A DNA stretch of 62,611 nt from an uncultured Candidatus Saccharibacteria bacterium (GTDB lineage: Bacteria > Patescibacteriota > Minisyncoccia > UBA6257 > UBA11618). Positions 41,036 to 49,981 of this stretch are shown here, piece after piece. The stretch covers positions 1-62,611 of the forward strand of contig CAYICS010000004.1 of assembly GCA_964362125.1 (NCBI GenBank), read 5' to 3'. The stretch's first letter is position 1. Each line of letters begins with the position of its first letter. Below the pieces are notes generated by a model. That model ran no database searches, had not been told where the DNA came from, and saw only the letters and a list, made by a program, of their open reading frames with translations. Position numbers and translations under genes: made by a program.

Positions 41036-41090
41036 ATGAGGGGCATTGACCTTCGGACGAACCTTAGGTGTAGCCCCTCATCGTGATATT
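41036..41090 (+). ncRNA. Candidate structured RNA directly after the NYN stop codon
   Basis: 9-bp outer stem ATGAGGGGC/GCCCCTCAT, inner ACCT/AGGT, GGACGAACC loop, TCGTGAT tail. Confidence 0.35.
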
Positions 41091-41209
41091 CTAATACTAG
41101 CAGCCAACCCCCTCGCCTGTCAATAGTGATTTGTCCACAACAAAAACGGCAAGTTTGAGTTGGTAAAATAGAATTATGGTTATCGCAAGACCATAATTAT
41201 GGTAAAGTT

Positions 41210-41440
41210 TTATTTTCCTAAAAGTCTGATAAATTCTTTTACAGAAATTCCAGCTTGTTTTAATATGCCCATCATCAGTCCTCTTTTCATATTACCGGAA
41301 TGCATTGGTATACTTGTGAATTTTTTAGTAATCGGATGTTCAAGAAAATAATGACTGCCCTTTATTCTTAAAACTAAAAAGCCAGCCTTTTTCAAGATTC
41401 TTAACAGTTTTACTGCAGTAAGAATTGGAACTATACTCAT
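41210..41440 (-). CDS. hicA: HicA-family mRNA interferase
   Basis: GF..LRIKGSH, SIPMH, ILKQAGIS. Confidence 0.9.
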   Translation of the reverse strand: MSIVPILTAVKLLRILKKAGFLVLRIKGSHYFLEHPITKKFTSIPMHSGNMKRGLMMGILKQAGISVKEFIRLLGK

Positions 41441-41697
41441 GCCGCTACGTGTTCCGGAGTTCGTGTCGGACGGCGAGTTTTTCTATGAAGTTGTTTTTCA
41501 ACTAGACATTCAATACATAATTCCAGGCACTCTTTAGACATTTTTTTAGCCTGTTTCAGATTTTTACCCCAAGTGATCATCCCTTGGACTTCTGGAGCAG
41601 TAACGATAAAACCACCTTCTCCATCTGGCTTAAAAACGCAAATATGAGAACCATAATCAGTCTTGATTTTAATTTTTCTCTTTAATTTATTAGCCAT
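41437..41697 (-). CDS. hicB: HicB-family antitoxin (short, no HTH)
   Basis: GGFIVTAPEVQGMITWGKNL..A; upstream of hicA. Confidence 0.85.
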   Translation of the reverse strand: MANKLKRKIKIKTDYGSHICVFKPDGEGGFIVTAPEVQGMITWGKNLKQAKKMSKECLELCIECLVEKQLHRKTRRPTRTPEHVAA

Positions 41698-41825
41698 GTA
41701 TCTATTATAATGAAGACGACGGTCACTTATCAAGTGTTGCCGGTATTCTGCGCGATTTCAATAAAATTATGGTTATCGCAAAACCATAAATTCGAGTTAA
41801 GGATGGACTGTGATATAATGGCAGG

Positions 41826-42176
41826 GTGAAAATAGAGGTTATTCGTGATCGCGTAACAAGAGGAGAGTTAAAAAGAATTGCCGAAGCATGGAATCGCGAT
41901 TTAGTAAAGGCAGTAGTGGATATTGAAAAGGGGATTATGGCGATCGGCGGCGAGCTTCACGCTGATGAAGAAGTTTTTCTTACGGAGCAAGAAGGTTCAA
42001 AACGAGAACATACTTGGGGGATTAATTTGTATCCTGATGAATCGGGTGATAAATTTATACAATTTGATTCTATGATTAATCTCAAACCTCATCTTGACAA
42101 TCGTTCTCGGGGCGTCGAGAATCCGGAGATTCGTGAAAAAATTAAAGAAACAGTTAATAAACTCGTTCAAGAATAA
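41826..42176 (+). CDS. DUF5674-like protein
   Basis: LVKAVVDIEK...GGELHADEE...WGINLYP...FDSMINLKP. Confidence 0.75.
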   Translation: MKIEVIRDRVTRGELKRIAEAWNRDLVKAVVDIEKGIMAIGGELHADEEVFLTEQEGSKREHTWGINLYPDESGDKFIQFDSMINLKPHLDNRSRGVENPEIREKIKETVNKLVQE

Positions 42177-42508
42177 TGCGGGTTAGATTTCATAAAGAGT
42201 TGGCCGCCGGGAGATGGTTTCAACTATCACTGGAAGAGCAATTGGGTAATATTGGCAGTGAGGTTAGCCGGGCCCGGCATTGGCAGGGGAAGAATGAGAA
42301 ATATTTTTGGGAGGCGGTGGAGGCAGCTTTAGAACTTTTTGACTTAACTTTAGAAGATGAACGATGGCGGGGGCGGCGCTGGGAGATTGCCCGGGCGCGG
42401 GAGGTTTTTGTGGACGCTGTTTACGGCGGCAAAGAATACAACAGCTCATTGGAGGATTTGGATAAGTATTTTACAGATTTTGCTCTTGCCGCCCGCAGCC
42501 GGACTTGA
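42176..42508 (+). CDS. Conserved helical hypothetical protein coupled to DUF5674
   Basis: GRWFQLSLEEQLGNIGSEV...EIARAREV. Confidence 0.7.
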   Translation: MRVRFHKELAAGRWFQLSLEEQLGNIGSEVSRARHWQGKNEKYFWEAVEAALELFDLTLEDERWRGRRWEIARAREVFVDAVYGGKEYNSSLEDLDKYFTDFALAARSRT

Positions 42509-42516
42509 TTTTAAGT

Positions 42517-42601
42517 GTATTGATGCTAATATACGAATTGCGATTCGTAACCCCATTCGTATCATTCGTATATTCGTATATTAGTATATTCGCATCGATA
42601 C
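42517..42601. repeat. GTATCGATGC palindromic element, copy 2
   Basis: GTATTGATGC...GCATCGATAC ends, directly before rplW. Confidence 0.88.
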
Positions 42602-42608
42602 TTAACTT

Positions 42609-42890
42609 ATGATTAATAAGTTTATTGTTAAAAATCCTCTAATCACTGAAAAAGCCACGGCTGAAGGGCCGCTGGGCAAGTATACTTTTTTGGTGGAGAA
42701 AAAAGCCAACAAGCCCGAGGTGAAAAAAGCGGTGGAGGCGATTTATAAGGTGAAGGTGACTCAAGTCAATATCGTTAATGCCAGACCCAAGAGCCGCCGT
42801 CTTGGCCGCACTACCGGCGTCAAACCCGGCTACAAAAAAGCCATCGTCACTCTGGCGGCTGGACAGAAGTTAGATATTTTGCCGCAATAG
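42609..42890 (+). CDS. rplW: 50S ribosomal protein L23
   Basis: PLITEKA, YTFLV...ANKPEVKKAVE, KKAIVTL. Confidence 0.98.
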   Translation: MINKFIVKNPLITEKATAEGPLGKYTFLVEKKANKPEVKKAVEAIYKVKVTQVNIVNARPKSRRLGRTTGVKPGYKKAIVTLAAGQKLDILPQ

Positions 42891-42905
42891 TTCCATAATT
42901 AAATA

Positions 42906-44102
42906 GTGGGAAGATTTGTTGCTTTATTTATTTTGATAGTGGGTAGTTTACTTGTATTTTCTTTTGGACAATCTCTTGATCATTTAACCGCACAGATTAA
43001 AGTGGGTTTCATTCAAAGTCAGCAGGAGAAAGATAAAACCCAAGGAGAAATAGACAGATTAGTCGAAAAAATTAAAAGGAAGGCGGCCGAATTAAAAGAA
43101 GATGGCGAGAAGGACATTGCGGCAAAGTTAGAAGAATTAGCCAGCCGCATTAAGAGATCCCCGAGAGAGATTAATAAAAATTTTATAGTTATTTTTACTT
43201 GGTCACCACGATTTTTTGGTGAAGGAAATGAGATGGACGAATTTGCGGGGAGGCTACTTGGGATTTTACAAGAAGAGTTACAGAAGTGCATAGATGATTT
43301 CAAGTGCTCCTCCAAACCAAAAACTGTTTCGGTCATAGTATCACCTACAAGAAAGGAATTTGAGGAATTAATAAGTGAGCTCGGCGAGGAGTTAGGTTTC
43401 GGCGCAGTTTTCATTCCACAACTAAATATTATTCTTATTTCAGCAGAAATTTTCTCTTTAAATGATATTCAACACGAGATTGGACACGTGGTAGTAGAAG
43501 CGGAAAAAGCATTGATTAGTGAGAAACCTTTTAGGCACTGGTTATTAGAGGAGGGCTTGGCGATATCGAGAGAAAAACAAGAATTATCTTCTAGGATCCT
43601 TCAATCACTTTATGTTCATACTTTAGTAGATACAGAGAAATTTACTCCGGAGGATCTTTTACTAATAAACCGAAGACCTAATTTTAAAAAGGAGCAAGAG
43701 CAGCTCGCGAGCGATATTTATGCCCAAGGCGGAGCCATAACCAAGTTCTTTTTAGAAAAAGGCTTAACAGCCAAAGATTTATTGACGCTTGGCGAAAAGC
43801 TGGGCCGGGCTAAGACTGTGAAAGAGGTAAGGAAAATTTTACGTGATTTCTTAACAGAGAAGGGGATTAGTTACGATAGATTATATAAAGAATGGCTAGA
43901 GTGGCAGAGAGAAAAGGCCAAGGATATGGATAAGGAATGGCGCGAGTTCAGAAAAAAAGAACTAGAGACTTTAAAGAAATATCGAGAAGATGCTCGTAAG
44001 GCTGGCCTTTTAGATAATCCAGAAGCGAAGGCAATAATAGAAGCAGAGATTAGAAAAGTAGAGGAGGCGATAGGTAAGATTGATAAAATAGTAGCTGAAT
44101 AA
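42906..44102 (+). CDS. Secreted helical protein with a gluzincin-like motif
   Basis: Signal/TM, QHEIGH...LLEEGLA, coiled coils. Confidence 0.65.
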   Translation: MGRFVALFILIVGSLLVFSFGQSLDHLTAQIKVGFIQSQQEKDKTQGEIDRLVEKIKRKAAELKEDGEKDIAAKLEELASRIKRSPREINKNFIVIFTWSPRFFGEGNEMDEFAGRLLGILQEELQKCIDDFKCSSKPKTVSVIVSPTRKEFEELISELGEELGFGAVFIPQLNIILISAEIFSLNDIQHEIGHVVVEAEKALISEKPFRHWLLEEGLAISREKQELSSRILQSLYVHTLVDTEKFTPEDLLLINRRPNFKKEQEQLASDIYAQGGAITKFFLEKGLTAKDLLTLGEKLGRAKTVKEVRKILRDFLTEKGISYDRLYKEWLEWQREKAKDMDKEWREFRKKELETLKKYREDARKAGLLDNPEAKAIIEAEIRKVEEAIGKIDKIVAE

Positions 44103-44115
44103 AAAAGAAAGCCAA

Positions 44116-44337
44116 TCATTGGCTTTCCACCTCCTCCTTGATTTGGTCTAGTGGCTTCAGTCGAGGGGTGTGAAGAACGGGTACGTAGATACATCCTATA
44201 AGCCTGTCGTCATGTCTTACTGTTAGTATGGTGTTTGTTTTCTCCTCTCGAATAAACATCAAGGACAGAGTAGCGGCTGCCACTATCAGCAGAAGCAGTC
44301 GAAAAAACCAGTTTACATTCATTCTAGGTCCTCGCAC
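44116..44337 (-). CDS. Small hypothetical membrane protein
   Basis: 73-aa ORF with a hydrophobic N-terminus. Confidence 0.35.
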   Translation of the reverse strand: MRGPRMNVNWFFRLLLLIVAAATLSLMFIREEKTNTILTVRHDDRLIGCIYVPVLHTPRLKPLDQIKEEVESQ

Positions 44338-44411
44338 CAGGTTGTTATGTGTGGGAACTAATCAAAGTCTAGAACAAAAAAATTCTATTTGTCAATGGCT
44401 ATTGATGGCAC

Positions 44412-44481
44412 CAAATCCGGCTACAAAAAAGCCATTGTCACTCTGGCGGCTGGACAGAAGTTAGACATCTTGCCCCAATAA
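44412..44481 (+). pseudogene. Diverged duplicate of the last 70 bp of rplW
   Basis: 64/70 identical to 42821-42890. Confidence 0.9.
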
Positions 44482-44492
44482 AAAAACCGGCG

Positions 44493-44699
44493 TCACGGGG
44501 CTGACGCCGGCGACCGAGAGACTTTAGCTAATTGTTTGTTAGCTGACTCTTCTTTTTCGATAAGAGTCAGGCGGCAGCTGTTGGGGTAGACATTGTCAGC
44601 CTTGAGCCACTTGCCTTGGTAGTGGAACTCAACCTCGCCGCCATCGCTGACATAAGTGGCCACCACCGGCCCCCGGCCGTTTTCTTCCTGAAACATCAA
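44493..44699 (-). CDS. Small hypothetical protein
   Basis: 68-aa ORF divergent from the rplB promoter. Confidence 0.35.
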   Translation of the reverse strand: MMFQEENGRGPVVATYVSDGGEVEFHYQGKWLKADNVYPNSCRLTLIEKEESANKQLAKVSRSPASAP

Positions 44700-44754
44700 C
44701 CCATAGCCGCCGCCAAGCAGAGGATTGACTTGAAAGCAGAGAAGGAGATTTTGT

Positions 44755-44783
44755 TTGACACAAGTGGAAAAGCCGTGTTAACT
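44755..44783 (+). promoter_or_regulatory. sigma70-type promoter of rplB
   Basis: TTGACA-N17-TTAACT with TG extension. Confidence 0.55.
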
Positions 44784-44819
44784 TTATTCTGCCTAGAAGG
44801 GGCGCGTCTTTAATTTAAT

Positions 44820-45656
44820 ATGGCAATAAAGATTACAAAACCAACCAGCGCTGGGCGGCGGCAGATGACTTTTGTTGATTATTCAACCATCACCGCCAAA
44901 GAGCCGTATAAGCCGCTGACCAGAAAATTGAAAACACACGCGGGCCGCAACACCCGCGGTGTTATTACCGTCCGCCATCAGGGCGGCGGCAATAAAAAAA
45001 TTTATCGGATTATTGATTTTAAACAGGATAGATTTAATATCACAAGTCGAGTCGAGACCATTGAATATGATCCTTACCGGACTGCTTTCATCGCGCTGGT
45101 TGTTTATAGGGACGGCCAGCGCCGTTATATTTTAGCTCCAGTTGGTTTAAAAGTGGGTGATGAAATTGTCACTGCCGAAAATCCCCCCCTGAAGTTCGGC
45201 AACCGCCTGCCGCTGAAAAATATCCCGGTTGGTTATCAAGTCCATAATATTGAGATGCAGAGAGGCGCCGGCGGAAAATTAATCCGCAGTGCTGGCGGCT
45301 ATGCTGAGATTTTGGCTAATGCTGATGGCTACACCGATATCAAGATGCCATCAAAAGAAATTCGTCGTGTCCGCTGGGATGGCTTGGCCACTATTGGTCA
45401 AATTTCCAATCCTGATTGGAATTTGGTTAATATCGGTAAGGCCGGCCGCAGTCGCTGGTTGGGAATCAGACCGACAGTGCGGGGCACGGCAATGAATCCC
45501 CGAGAGCACCCGCGCGGTGGTGGTGAAGGCAGACAACCTCGCGGCACCCGCCGGCCCAAAGATATCTGGGGGAATATTATTGGCGGCCATAAGACCCGGA
45601 AGAAAAAGAAATGGTCTAATATCTTAATAATTCAACGCCGTCCCAAAAAACGATGA
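44820..45656 (+). CDS. rplB: 50S ribosomal protein L2
   Basis: [30 protein letters not shown]. Confidence 0.99.
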   Translation: MAIKITKPTSAGRRQMTFVDYSTITAKEPYKPLTRKLKTHAGRNTRGVITVRHQGGGNKKIYRIIDFKQDRFNITSRVETIEYDPYRTAFIALVVYRDGQRRYILAPVGLKVGDEIVTAENPPLKFGNRLPLKNIPVGYQVHNIEMQRGAGGKLIRSAGGYAEILANADGYTDIKMPSKEIRRVRWDGLATIGQISNPDWNLVNIGKAGRSRWLGIRPTVRGTAMNPREHPRGGGEGRQPRGTRRPKDIWGNIIGGHKTRKKKKWSNILIIQRRPKKR

Positions 45657-45994
45657 CTAGAAGTTCTAAAAAAGGTCCGTATGTTGATGAAAAACTTTTG
45701 AAGAAAGTGGCTAAGTTGAAAGTCGGTCAAATTAAAGAGATTAAAACCTGGTCCCGAGCTTCAGAAATTGCCCCGGAGATGGTTGGTTTTACCATTCACG
45801 TCCATCAAGGGAAAAATTTTGTGCCAGTAGCCATTCGAGAAGAAATGGTTGGTCATCGCTTAGGTGAATTCGCTCCCACCCGCAAGTTCGTTAAGCATGG
45901 AGGAAAGATTCAGCGCGAACAGGAGCAGAAGCGAGCAGAGGCGGAGAAAGCGGCGGCACAAGCGGCTAAGGCCACCGAAAACCCTAAACCCTAA
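45653..45994 (+). CDS. rpsS: 30S ribosomal protein S19 with a C-terminal extension
   Basis: [23 protein letters not shown]; stop supplied by the CCCTAAA array. Confidence 0.98.
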   Translation: MTRSSKKGPYVDEKLLKKVAKLKVGQIKEIKTWSRASEIAPEMVGFTIHVHQGKNFVPVAIREEMVGHRLGEFAPTRKFVKHGGKIQREQEQKRAEAEKAAAQAAKATENPKP

Positions 45995-46004
45995 ACCCTA
46001 AACG
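45979..46004. repeat. (CCCTAAA)n array, left arm flanking rplV
   Basis: 45983-46004 is the exact reverse complement of 46515-46536. Confidence 0.9.
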
Positions 46005-46006
46005 TT

Positions 46007-46507
46007 ATGTCTACTGCAACAGCCAAACTAAAATATCTAAAAATCGCGCCGCGCAAGGTGCGGTTGCTTGCTAATACCCTTAAAGATTTAACAATCAATG
46101 AGGCTGAGGCTCAGTTGCTGTTGCGGCCGCAGCGTTCGGCGCCGGCGTTGTTGAAACTGCTCCGTTCGGCAATAGCCAATGCTAAACAAAAAAAGTTATC
46201 AGTTAATAAATTAACAGTTACCAGTATTACAGTTGATCAGGGGCCGATGTTGAAAAGATTTTTGCCGCGAGCCATGGGCCGGGCGACGCCTATTCATAAA
46301 AAGACCAGTCATATTACCATTGTTTTAACTGAAGCTAACAAAGAATTACCAACAAGGTTTACGATTTTACCGAAAGAAAAGAAGGTTAAGAAAACAGCTA
46401 AACCTAAAGGGCGCAAGACTGAACCAAAGGCAGAGGCGAAAATCCAGCCTAAAGTCGAAGAAAAACCCGGCTTTTTCCGCCGCATCTTCCGTCGTAAAGC
46501 GATATAG
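46007..46507 (+). CDS. rplV: 50S ribosomal protein L22 with a Lys-rich C-terminal extension
   Basis: IAPRKVR, VDQGP.LKR..PRAMGRA. Confidence 0.98.
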   Translation: MSTATAKLKYLKIAPRKVRLLANTLKDLTINEAEAQLLLRPQRSAPALLKLLRSAIANAKQKKLSVNKLTVTSITVDQGPMLKRFLPRAMGRATPIHKKTSHITIVLTEANKELPTRFTILPKEKKVKKTAKPKGRKTEPKAEAKIQPKVEEKPGFFRRIFRRKAI

Positions 46508-46540
46508 GGTTTAGCGTTTAGGGTTTAGGGTTTAGGATTT
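46505..46540. repeat. (TTTAGGG)n array, right arm flanking rplV
   Basis: 22-bp perfect inverted match to the left arm. Confidence 0.9.
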
Positions 46541-46547
46541 AAAAAAG

Positions 46548-47222
46548 ATGGGTCAAAAAATTAAACCATATTCATATCGACTAGGTATTATCGAAGACTG
46601 GAAAGCCAAATGGTTTTCCCGCAAGAGTTTCCGTGATCAACTGGAAGAAGATGTTTTAATCCGGAAACTTATTAATAAAAAAATCGGTCAAGCGGGAGTT
46701 ATCAGAGTTGAGATTGAACGCCACGCCAATAATAATTACCGCGTCAACATCAAAGCCGCCCGTCCCGGTTTAATTATCGGTCGGGGCGGAAAAGGTATTG
46801 AGCAGTTGAGTAAAGATATTGATACTGCTTTGAAAACATTAATGCAGGAACGGGGTATTGAAAAACCCACTTTCTCGGTTAATTTGAATATTGAAGAATT
46901 GCGGCGATCAGAAATCTCAGCGGTTCATATGGCTCAAAATATTGCTCATGATTTAGAGAAGCGTTTGCAGGCGAGGCGGACGATGAAAAAGTATCTGGAT
47001 CTGATTATGGCTAATAAAGAAGTTAAGGGAGCAAAAATCCGTTTATCAGGCAGAATTAACGGCCATGAAATTGCCCGGCGGGAATGGTTGGCCAGAGGCA
47101 GTCTGCCTCTGCAAACATTGCGCGCCCGAATTGATTATGGAGAAGCGACAGCCTTTAATACTTACGGCACGGTCGGAGTGAAGGTGTGGATCTATAAAGG
47201 GCTTGTCTTCGAGAACACATAA
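46548..47222 (+). CDS. rpsC: 30S ribosomal protein S3
   Basis: MGQKI.P..YRLG, ARPGLIIGRGG, YGTVGVKVWI. Confidence 0.99.
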   Translation: MGQKIKPYSYRLGIIEDWKAKWFSRKSFRDQLEEDVLIRKLINKKIGQAGVIRVEIERHANNNYRVNIKAARPGLIIGRGGKGIEQLSKDIDTALKTLMQERGIEKPTFSVNLNIEELRRSEISAVHMAQNIAHDLEKRLQARRTMKKYLDLIMANKEVKGAKIRLSGRINGHEIARREWLARGSLPLQTLRARIDYGEATAFNTYGTVGVKVWIYKGLVFENT

Positions 47223-47227
47223 ATTTG

Positions 47228-47327
47228 GTATCGATGCTAATATACGAATGATACTAATTATACTAATACCGATTATGATTCGTAACCCATTCGTATCATT
47301 AGTAAATTAGTATATTGGCATCGAAGC
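47228..47327. repeat. GTATCGATGC palindromic element, copy 3
   Basis: Near-exact reverse complement of 49982-50081. Confidence 0.9.
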
Positions 47328-47338
47328 TCATAGCTCAT

Positions 47339-47749
47339 ATGTTAATACCTAAAAAAGTAAAACATCGAAAATGGATGAAGGGGCGTTCGCGGAAGCGCCG
47401 ACTTGATACCCGAGGAACAAAATTAGCTTTCGGTAGTTTTGGCTTGAAAGCGGAGGGTTCGGCTTGGATTAATTCGAAACAAATCGAAGCCGCCCGCCGC
47501 ACCATCACCAATTTCATTAAACGCGAAGGTAAAGTTTGGATTAGAATTTTTCCAGACAAACCGGTGACGATGCGGCCGCCAGAAGTAACTATGGGCGGCG
47601 GCAAAGGGTCGGTCGATCATTATGTTTTCCCAGTGAGGCCGGGCCGGATTTTGTTTGAGATGGATGGGGTAAGCCCTGAGGTTGCCAAAGAGGCGCTTAG
47701 ACTAGCAGGACATAAACTTCCCATTAAGACGAGAATAGTTACTAAATAA
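47339..47749 (+). CDS. rplP: 50S ribosomal protein L16
   Basis: [25 protein letters not shown]. Confidence 0.99.
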   Translation: MLIPKKVKHRKWMKGRSRKRRLDTRGTKLAFGSFGLKAEGSAWINSKQIEAARRTITNFIKREGKVWIRIFPDKPVTMRPPEVTMGGGKGSVDHYVFPVRPGRILFEMDGVSPEVAKEALRLAGHKLPIKTRIVTK

Positions 47750-47872
47750 ATTTTCAATGTTCAATGATCAATTTTCAATTAATGACTCAATGATTCAATT
47801 TTCAAACCCGTTGGTTTGTTTCATTGCTTCATTGAAAATTAAATGAAAATTGAAAATTGGTAATTGAAAATT
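47749..47872. repeat. Heptamer-array hairpin (TTTTCAA/TTGAAAA type)
   Basis: Starts at the rplP stop; homologous to 6547-6620. Confidence 0.88.
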
Positions 47873-47881
47873 ATAAAAACA

Positions 47882-48076
47882 ATGGACAAAAAATCTTTTC
47901 AGGAGATAAAAAATAAACCAGTCAATGAATTGCAGGCTATGCTTAAAGATTTAAGAGACAAGCTCTGGCAGCTTAAAGTTGATTTGGCTTCAGGGAAGGT
48001 GAAGAACATTAAAGAAATTAAAGAGGTCAAAAGGGACATCGCTAGAATTTTGACTATAATTAACAGTCAACGATGA
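47882..48076 (+). CDS. rpmC: 50S ribosomal protein L29
   Basis: IKEVKRDIARILT; canonical position. Confidence 0.93.
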   Translation: MDKKSFQEIKNKPVNELQAMLKDLRDKLWQLKVDLASGKVKNIKEIKEVKRDIARILTIINSQR

Positions 48077-48351
48077 CAGTGACTATGACTATGACTATGA
48101 CAGCCAGAAAATTACAAGGGGCAGTGGTCTCCGACAAAATGAATAAAACACGGGTGGTGGAAGTGGAGTTTGTGAAGGTTCATAAGAAATACCAGAAACA
48201 ATACAAAGACCACCGCCGCTTTAAAGCCCATGATGAGAAGAACGAATATCATACCGGCGATAAAGTGATTATTCAAGAAACCCGACCATTGTCAAAAGAT
48301 AAGAGATGGATTATTATCAGTTTGGTCCAAGAGCGCAAGGCGGAGCCGTAG
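48073..48351 (+). CDS. rpsQ: 30S ribosomal protein S17
   Basis: LQGAVVSDKMNKT, ETRPLSKDKRW; 5' (GACTAT)n repeat makes the start uncertain. Confidence 0.98.
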   Translation: MTVTMTMTMTARKLQGAVVSDKMNKTRVVEVEFVKVHKKYQKQYKDHRRFKAHDEKNEYHTGDKVIIQETRPLSKDKRWIIISLVQERKAEP

Positions 48352-48373
48352 CGCGATTGGTTGCCAAACGATA

Positions 48374-48471
48374 ACCCCGCCCTCTATGCTCATGGTCAAA
48401 GTAATAATTTTTATGATGAGAGAGAATGTTAATAAGATTTAGGCGGGGGAAACGCGCTTAGAGGGCGGGGT
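48374..48471. repeat. 98-bp segment bounded by a perfect 13-bp IR
   Basis: ACCCCGCCCTCTA/TAGAGGGCGGGGT in the rpsQ-rplN spacer. Confidence 0.75.
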
Positions 48472-48495
48472 GTTCGTGATTGATTAATCACTCAC

Positions 48496-48864
48496 ATGCT
48501 ACAAGAACGATCAATTGTAAAAGTTGCTGATAATTCTGGGGCCAAGACTGTCAGGGTTTTCAGAATTCCCGGCGGCAGTAAGAAAAGATATGCCCGGCTG
48601 GGCGATCTTGTTATTGCTTCAGTGCAGGGAGCTGAGCCGCGTAAGTTGGTGAAAAAGAAAGATATTGTGAAATGTTTAGTGATTAGAAGTGCCGCCGCCA
48701 CTCGACGGAACGACGGTTCCTATGTCCGATTCGATGAAAATGCTGTGGTGTTAGTGGATGAAAAGCGCCAGCCGCGGGCTACCAGAGTCTTTGGTCCGAT
48801 TCCCAGAGAAATTAAAGAGAAAGGGTTTGATGGGGTTTTTTCGCTAGCCGAAGAAATTGTTTAA
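48496..48864 (+). CDS. rplN: 50S ribosomal protein L14
   Basis: VADNSGAK, RFDENAVV, TRVFGPIPRE. Confidence 0.99.
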   Translation: MLQERSIVKVADNSGAKTVRVFRIPGGSKKRYARLGDLVIASVQGAEPRKLVKKKDIVKCLVIRSAAATRRNDGSYVRFDENAVVLVDEKRQPRATRVFGPIPREIKEKGFDGVFSLAEEIV

Positions 48865-48917
48865 CAGCGACACTAATGCGCACACCAATACACACGAATG
48901 ACGCGAATATTAAAAAT

Positions 48918-49202
48918 ATGAAAATAAAAAAAGGCGACACAGTGCAAATAATGGTTGGTGAAGAGGCGGGTAAAAAGGGTAAGGTATTAAAGGTATACCC
49001 GGAAGGCAATAAGATATTGATTGAAGGATTAAATTTGTATAAAAAACACAAAAAGCCGCGGCGCCAGGGAGAAAAGGGAGAAATCGTCAGTGTGCCCCGG
49101 CCTTTGAGTGCAGCCAACATCGCTTTATTTTGCAGTAACTGCGGCAAAGGGATGCGAGTTAATAAAAAAAGAATTTGTCAAAAATGCAAAACAGCGCTTT
49201 AG
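48918..49202 (+). CDS. rplX: 50S ribosomal protein L24
   Basis: KIKKGDTV...GKKGKV, NIAL. Confidence 0.97.
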   Translation: MKIKKGDTVQIMVGEEAGKKGKVLKVYPEGNKILIEGLNLYKKHKKPRRQGEKGEIVSVPRPLSAANIALFCSNCGKGMRVNKKRICQKCKTAL

Positions 49203-49663
49203 AAAAAATAGTTATCAATAGCGGGGTGGGGCGGTTATCACAGCAGGCGAATTTTGAAGAAAAAATTTTGCCGGAGTTGATGAGAGACTTTGCTTTAATT
49301 ACCGGTCAGAAACCAGCCGCCAGGCAGGCGCGGCAGTCTATTGCCGGTTTTAAATTGCGGGCCGGCACAGTGGTCGGTTTGAAGGTTACTTTGCGGGGCC
49401 GGCGGATGCAGGAATTTTTAGAGAGGTTGTCTAAAGTGGCTTTGGCCCGGGTTCGGGACTTTCGCGGCGTTGATTTGAAAAATGTTGATAAAAATGGTAA
49501 TCTAACCATTGGTATTAAAGAACACACGGTCTTTCCCGAAGTGTCTCCAGAAACCTCCCGCTATGATTTTGGTTTGGAAGTGACGATGGTGCCTAAAGTT
49601 AAAGGACGGGAGAAAGCTATAGAGCTTTATCGGGAACTGGGGATACCGCTAAAGAAATCCTAA
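49175..49663 (+). CDS. rplE: 50S ribosomal protein L5 (N-terminally short)
   Basis: LEKIVINSGVG, ITGQKP, RVRDFRG. Confidence 0.97.
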   Translation: MSKMQNSALEKIVINSGVGRLSQQANFEEKILPELMRDFALITGQKPAARQARQSIAGFKLRAGTVVGLKVTLRGRRMQEFLERLSKVALARVRDFRGVDLKNVDKNGNLTIGIKEHTVFPEVSPETSRYDFGLEVTMVPKVKGREKAIELYRELGIPLKKS

Positions 49664-49784
49664 ACTCTAAATTCTAAACCATAAATCCTAAACAAATCCC
49701 AATGACACAAATCCCAAATTCCAAACTGTTTGTGATTTATGATTTAAAATTTAGATATTGTTTAGAGTTTAGAGTTTAGGATTT
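49655..49784. repeat. Heptamer-array hairpin (CTCTAAA/TTTAGAG type)
   Basis: 17-bp terminal IR AAATCCTAAACTCTAAA/TTTAGAGTTTAGGATTT; supplies the rplE stop. Confidence 0.88.
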
Positions 49785-49793
49785 AACAAATAT

Positions 49794-49979
49794 ATGGCAA
49801 AAAAATCAGTCATAGCCAGGGCTAAGAAAAAACCCAAATTCTCAACCCGCATTGTGCGGCGCTGTTTTCGTTGCGGCCGGAAGCGGGGTTATATAAGGAA
49901 TTTTGGTTTGTGTCGGATTTGTTTTAGAGAATTAGCCAGTCGCGGGGAGATACCGGGGGTGAAGAAAGCGTCATGGTAA
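49794..49979 (+). CDS. rpsN: 30S ribosomal protein S14 (zinc-binding type)
   Basis: RCFRCGR...LCRICFRE. Confidence 0.97.
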   Translation: MAKKSVIARAKKKPKFSTRIVRRCFRCGRKRGYIRNFGLCRICFRELASRGEIPGVKKASW

Positions 49980-49981
49980 AT

